Below are positions 59,161 to 64,000 of a stretch of 64,000 bases of DNA, piece after piece. The stretch is from an uncultured delta proteobacterium. Lineage in GTDB: Bacteria > Myxococcota > B64-G9. Under the pieces are notes generated by a model. The model had not been told where the DNA came from and did no database searches. It worked only from the letters and a program-made list of their open reading frames with translations. Every line of letters starts with the position of its first letter. Position 1 is the stretch's first letter. The position numbers and the translations under genes were made by a program. The stretch lies in the NCBI GenBank assembly GCA_963754925.1, contig CAVWHX010000003.1:256001-320000 (forward strand), read 5' to 3'.

Positions 59161-59886
59161 TTATTTTCTTTCGGCGTATCCAACGGTCTGGCCGAAGAGG
59201 ACCCTTTGATCGGCGCGCAAATTCAATGTCGCCGCAAGACCGGCTTTATCGCAGTTGTGAAACCATGACGCCAGACCCTGAGAAGCCGCAAACAAATATA
59301 CGTTGCCGGCTATGAGACCGGTATCAACAAAATAATACGACTTTTGAATTTCCGGATCGTGCAAACCCGGTTCCTTAAACCCAGCGGTATTCGTGAGTTT
59401 ATTAATATCAACGACGTAGATCAGACGGACCGCGGACCGAGCTCCAACGTTCTCCTGTCCGAGGCCGATTGCCAGGGAGCGCAGGTCGCCTTTGACAACG
59501 GGGACCAATTGGTGCTGCACCGCGTCGTACAAATAAATTCCTTCCCGTAGGGCAACGTACAGATCAATTTCCTGTGAGTTGCTTGCCGATGCGGCGGTTC
59601 TGCCGGGAATTCCAAAGGGGCCGCTTGTTCGATTTACTCCCCAGGCCGCCCAGAGGAGATTTGACAACACCTGCAACGGAAGCTTTCTATCGCTTATTTC
59701 ACGGATGGTTTTTCTTTGCTGTAATGCTGTTAATACCGACCTACTGCGATCAAACTTGGGTTTCGGCAGTTTAATCGGCGGTAGATTCCGTGAGGAAGCA
59801 GGATATCTATAGGAAGGAACACGTTGCTGAGTTGAGCGAGGGTTACAGGGAAGCCGAGATTTCTTTTTCTTTCTTTCAGGAACCAT
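59161..59886 (-). CDS. Nitroreductase-family protein
   Basis: RKTIRE, RTAASASN, DTGLIAGNVYLFAASQGL. Confidence 0.88.
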   Translation of the reverse strand: MVPERKKKKSRLPCNPRSTQQRVPSYRYPASSRNLPPIKLPKPKFDRSRSVLTALQQRKTIREISDRKLPLQVLSNLLWAAWGVNRTSGPFGIPGRTAASASNSQEIDLYVALREGIYLYDAVQHQLVPVVKGDLRSLAIGLGQENVGARSAVRLIYVVDINKLTNTAGFKEPGLHDPEIQKSYYFVDTGLIAGNVYLFAASQGLASWFHNCDKAGLAATLNLRADQRVLFGQTVGYAERK

Positions 59887-59984
59887 CAGATCCTGCTTTC
59901 TTTTTCAGGAATCATCGTTGAATATTGTCTTTACCCGCCTTAATGAAACCGAAATCAATTTTGCGGAATATCATTACATGGATT

Positions 59985-60975
59985 TCATTCCGCGGCGGCT
60001 TCAGTCATGGCCGGGGCCGCGCCATCAGGTTCTCTGAGAAATTGAAGCGTCGCCTGCACCGTGATCTCGGGTATTTCTTCCATGCCTAAATGGCCGATGC
60101 CGTCATAGGCAATGTAGGTGGCCGCGGGCAGGTCCTTCTTCCATTTCTCAAAGTTCTCAAACGGCACCCATTCGTCCTTGGTGCCCCACATGACCAAGGT
60201 GGACACCTTGATGTTGGGTATCTCCTTGCCGAGGTTGCTGGTCTCGTTTTGCTTCCGCATTTCGCTAAAGATATCTACGTAAGCGCCTTTGTTTCCCTCC
60301 CGCATCGCGAGCTCGAAAAAACGTTTCTTTATCGCAGGGGTGGCTCTCGATTTGTCCCCGAAAACCTGGGTAACGGCTATATCAAAAAAGAAACTGGGCA
60401 TCATGCGGCGTGAAATCGGTCGTATAAACGGGTTGATGGTGTATCTGAGAATCCACGGCAGTTCCTGGTTGTACCCGACCGGATCGATGAGGATGAGCTT
60501 GGTTACTTTTTGAGGATAGGTAACGGCATAATTCCAGGCGAAGTAGCCTCCCAGGGAATTCCCGCCAATTGAGAATCTATCTAAATTAAAGATAGCTTGC
60601 GAAATCGTTCAGTAACGCGACGGCATTCTCACGCTGGTATTGTTTTTTATCGGGTGCCGGTCCGGTTAGGCCGAACCCCGGGACATCGATCCGGATTACC
60701 CGGAACTCGCCCTTCATCGACGGAAGCCAGCCATCCCAGGTTTCAAGGGATGAACAAATGCCGTGAAGCAGGATAACCACGGGGCCCGATCCCTCGTCCC
60801 GATAACGGACCTGCATGCCGTTATATGAAAAGTATTTGTCGGCGCTGGTGGTATATTTTTCTTTCATCTTTTCGATCGGTATATCGGCGATCCCCAAGCT
60901 GTCGCAACCGGTCAACCCGGCGAATGAAACGAAAAATGCCGCAACCACAAACCTCCTGATGATCGAAGCATGCAT
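59985..60975 (-). pseudogene. Alpha/beta hydrolase lipoprotein, frameshifted near 60589
   Basis: LTGC lipobox, LLHG, PGFG; removing one T gives YLNLDRFSIGGNSLGG and continues to WGTKD...GH. Confidence 0.88.
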
Positions 60976-61036
60976 TCTCGTATCCTCCATGGCAGGTCTA
61001 GGAAAAACAAACACGTTTTTGAGATCCGTTAGTCTA

Positions 61037-61828
61037 TCAGCCGTGAACATAGTTCCCGATTTTCCGTATCCTTGTCATTTCTTCCCCGGAAAGAGGGCCC
61101 TTCGCAAGCGCGGTCAATCCTTCCTCCATCTCGGCCTCGCTCGCCGGGCCGAAATGGCAGAGGTCGACGTTCGGGTTTGACAGCACGAACCGGTAGCAAT
61201 CGGACGCGCGAAGCGGCGCCTCATTCGGCGGCATCTTTTCGGGCTTGAGGAGTTTTCTCCAGCTCGTGGCGGTGTAGACGGTCACGCCGGGCCGGTTTTC
61301 TTTTTTGAGACGGGGAAAGATATCGCTTTCCGCGCCGGTATGAGCGGCGTTGTAGCGCACCATGAAGACGTCGATCGGCGATTTGTCCATTCCCGCAAGC
61401 GCGCCAAACGTTTTTCGTTTATGCCCCGACATCCCGACGAAACGGATTTTTCCCTTCTCAATCATGGTGCGACACTGGTGGAGGATGCGCCCGCCCGGTA
61501 TCGAGTTAAACCAGCCGAGGATGAGGATATCGGCATAGTCCAAATCCAGCGCCTTCAGGGCCTTATCGACCGCGCGGCCGTTGAGGAAACCCGAATGGTC
61601 ATAGGACTGGACCGCGATGACGATCTTTTCTCTCTCCTTCCGAGCGATGTTGGTGAGCGCGGTTTTCATCGCCTCTCGCCGGGGCGTGCTCCAGAAAAAA
61701 TAATTGATGCCGTGTTCGTGGTATGCCTTTTCTATGGCGCGGGCGGGCACGCCGTATCCCGAGGCGAGGCCCAGCCGGCTTACCGATAAGCCGGTCCTTC
61801 CGAGGACTGCACGGCTTTGAAAATTCAT
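61037..61828 (-). CDS. Aldo/keto reductase-fold protein
   Basis: LGRTGLSVSRLG, GKIRFVGMSGH, YRFVLSNP. Confidence 0.85.
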   Translation of the reverse strand: MNFQSRAVLGRTGLSVSRLGLASGYGVPARAIEKAYHEHGINYFFWSTPRREAMKTALTNIARKEREKIVIAVQSYDHSGFLNGRAVDKALKALDLDYADILILGWFNSIPGGRILHQCRTMIEKGKIRFVGMSGHKRKTFGALAGMDKSPIDVFMVRYNAAHTGAESDIFPRLKKENRPGVTVYTATSWRKLLKPEKMPPNEAPLRASDCYRFVLSNPNVDLCHFGPASEAEMEEGLTALAKGPLSGEEMTRIRKIGNYVHG

Positions 61829-61945
61829 GGGGCGCCTCCAGGGCCTTCAACCTTGTTCGGCTCATTGGATTACACGAATAGCAAGAATAAACCACTTGTT
61901 CACCGGGAGGCAATGGGAATCGTGGGGGGCCTTTCGCGGCAATTC

Positions 61946-61973
61946 GTAGGGGCGTATGGCCATACGCCCCTGC
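61946..61973. repeat. GTAG-type REP palindrome
   Basis: GTAGGGGCGTATGGCCATACGCCCCTGC. Confidence 0.8.
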
Positions 61974-62204
61974 TTGATGCCTTTCGTAATTCCTTTGTTT
62001 ATTCGGCTTTATTTATTCTTTATTTATTCTTTAGTTATTCGGCTGACACTTAGCATGAGTGGATACCTGATGGTAGTCGTTTCGCTACAACATGCCTGTA
62101 AACCTGACGAGGCAGCGCCAGCGGCTATGATGTAAGCAAATCTAATGTTAAACAGTTCATTAGGGGGATCGGTGCTAAGATGTCCAGTGGATTGGTAGGA
62201 TTAG

Positions 62205-63349
62205 TTATAATCTGGCAAGACTTTTTAGGATCCGGCGATACTGAATAATAAATCTATCGACGTTCTCCCCTCGATAGAACTCCGTGGAGTCAACGTCGTG
62301 AAAATCATCAAGTTGCAAATTTTTTCGAATCTTATGAATCGTATCTCGATCAACTTCGGTTTTGTCGCCAGACCACGCCACTTGAGATTTCAAAGTTATT
62401 TTACGGTTTCTAAGCTTTAGAAAGCTTTGTCGAATGATTACCCTCTCGATATTGAGCCTGTTGCCCACTCCGGGTGCTGGACACCAAGTGCACGAGAATT
62501 CTCGGAGTCGCGCTTTCAATTTATGCCATTTCATTGGGTAATCACCCCGTTGGATGGTGCGGATATTGGAGCGTAACCAGCGAGCTATTTCCAGCACCTC
62601 TCGGTCTGAAAGCCTATCGGCGTTGATCTGGACAATGCCGTGTTGCGCAACTCGCAAAGTTTTCCTGAATAGAGCAGTTTCATCGCATGTTAGAACGAAG
62701 CCGTTTTCATCAAGAAATGCAAGCAATGCTACAAGTGCAGTCCGTTTGTTGCCATTGTGGAAAGCGTGATTGAGGATTAATGAATGGAATAACGCAGCTC
62801 CTGCCATTTCCACAGTAGGGTACTTTTTATGCCCTTCATATTCAGTCATCGGCCGATGTGCAGCTGAAGATAGTAGGCCTGGTTCTCTGATGCCCGGTGG
62901 AGATATTGGGTCGCTCGAATTCAAAAAGTCAACTTCCAGAGCATTGTGGATAGCTTCTATCTCGGAAGCAGTCAGGAATCGTCTCGGTGGTACCTCACCG
63001 ATTTGCTCCCAGGTGAAAGTTGGGGCCACACTCGGAAATGGTATTGGCCTGACAACATCGTTGAGGTTGCTCGTGTTTAGGAACATGCGTCTAAAACGAC
63101 TCAAGCTGTTGCGAGGAATCTTTCTTGCATTCGGGGAGATAATAACTTCGACGGCAGCCATACGTCTTTCAAGTTCTTTGCGGCTCAAATCACTCAATTT
63201 CAACCAATAGTTAATGTTCATCTGTTCTTTTACAGATGGCAGTCCTAGAGCTTTCTCTGCAACCTGCAATTTCCTGCGAGGAACTAAAGAATTCGGACTT
63301 TTTACTTTTTCAATTCCAGCATCCCAAAGCGTCACGAGCGTTGCGTCGA
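62205..63349 (-). CDS. Fic/Doc-family multi-domain protein, 5' end interrupted by IS copy 3
   Basis: HAFHNGNKRTA Doc-type motif; frame stays open up to and into the IS end. Confidence 0.88.
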
Positions 63350-64000
63350 TGACGTGCCCCCGTTCATAGGACCACTCTCTATGAGAGTTGTTCATGGTTA
63401 ACCATCGTTCCTTTATCCATAGCAACACCAGTTTTCAGAGCGAAGGGAGCCGGAGGCGACCGAAGCTCTGAAAACTGTCGCGCGAACTCCGCCGGTGTCT
63501 CCTGTCCCAGCGAGCTGTGTGGCCGCACATGATTGTAATCCATCCGCCATGATTCGATTTTATTACGAGCATCTTGTAGATTTATAAACCAATGTTGATT
63601 GAGACATTCATCTCGAAATTTGCCGTTGAAGCTTTCGATCAGGGCATTCTGCACCGGCTTGCCTGGCTCGATAAAATGCAACTGCACCCCATGCCGGTAC
63701 GCCCAGAGGTCCAGCGCACGACTCGTGAACTCCGGACCGTTATCCGTCACCATCGCTTCGGGATACCTACCCCGTTCAGCGGCAATATCGTCCAAAATCC
63801 TGGCCACCCGGCTGCCGGAAATGGACGTGTCTACGGGTAAGGCAAGACTCTCTCGACTGAATTCATCCAGCACGCTCAACACCTTCAACCGTCGCCCATC
63901 TGAGAGACAATCAGATAGAAAATCCATCGACCATCGCTCGTTGAGTCCTTCCGGAAGACGCAGCGGCTGCCGCGCGATGCTCCGGTATCTCTTGCGCTGC
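63350..64000 (-). mobile_element. IS3-family insertion sequence, copy 3 (partial, runs off the window)
   Basis: TGACGTGCCCCCGTTCATAGGACCA end at 63350; OrfB 3' part nearly identical to copies 1 and 2. Confidence 0.96.

Overview
High-GC bacterial chromosome segment; gene style suggests Myxococcota/deltaproteobacteria, which is inference only. 1-22 kb is core: a tandem ExbD/TolR pair, a dcw cell-division cluster on the minus strand (mraZ-rsmH-ftsL-ftsI-murE-murF-mraY-murD-ftsW-murG-murC-ddl-ftsQ-ftsA-ftsZ, no murB), proS and cinA. About 22-30 kb is a lower-GC accessory patch: frameshifted endonuclease I, a membrane protein with an overlapping Lys-rich peptide, a zinc-ribbon protein, a duplicated ~75-bp promoter module, two copies of a 1276-bp IS3-family element, a truncated HEPN+LprI-like gene and a broken AbiE toxin-antitoxin module. 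30-44 kb is a 12-gene group 4 [NiFe]-hydrogenase (FHL-2/Hyf-like) operon headed by a catalytically degenerate FdhF-like protein and an AsrA/AsrB-type NAD(P)H module; this is the best candidate for an undescribed system. 44-48 kb holds two sensor kinases and a lone receiver. 48-56 kb is an unusual kdp locus (kdpA-kdpA-kdpB-long kdpC-peptide-kdpF, with a KdpE box before each kdpA). 56-64 kb has assorted enzymes, a multi-domain Fic/Doc gene and a third IS copy running off the window. All calls come from motif recognition by eye; no database searches were run.
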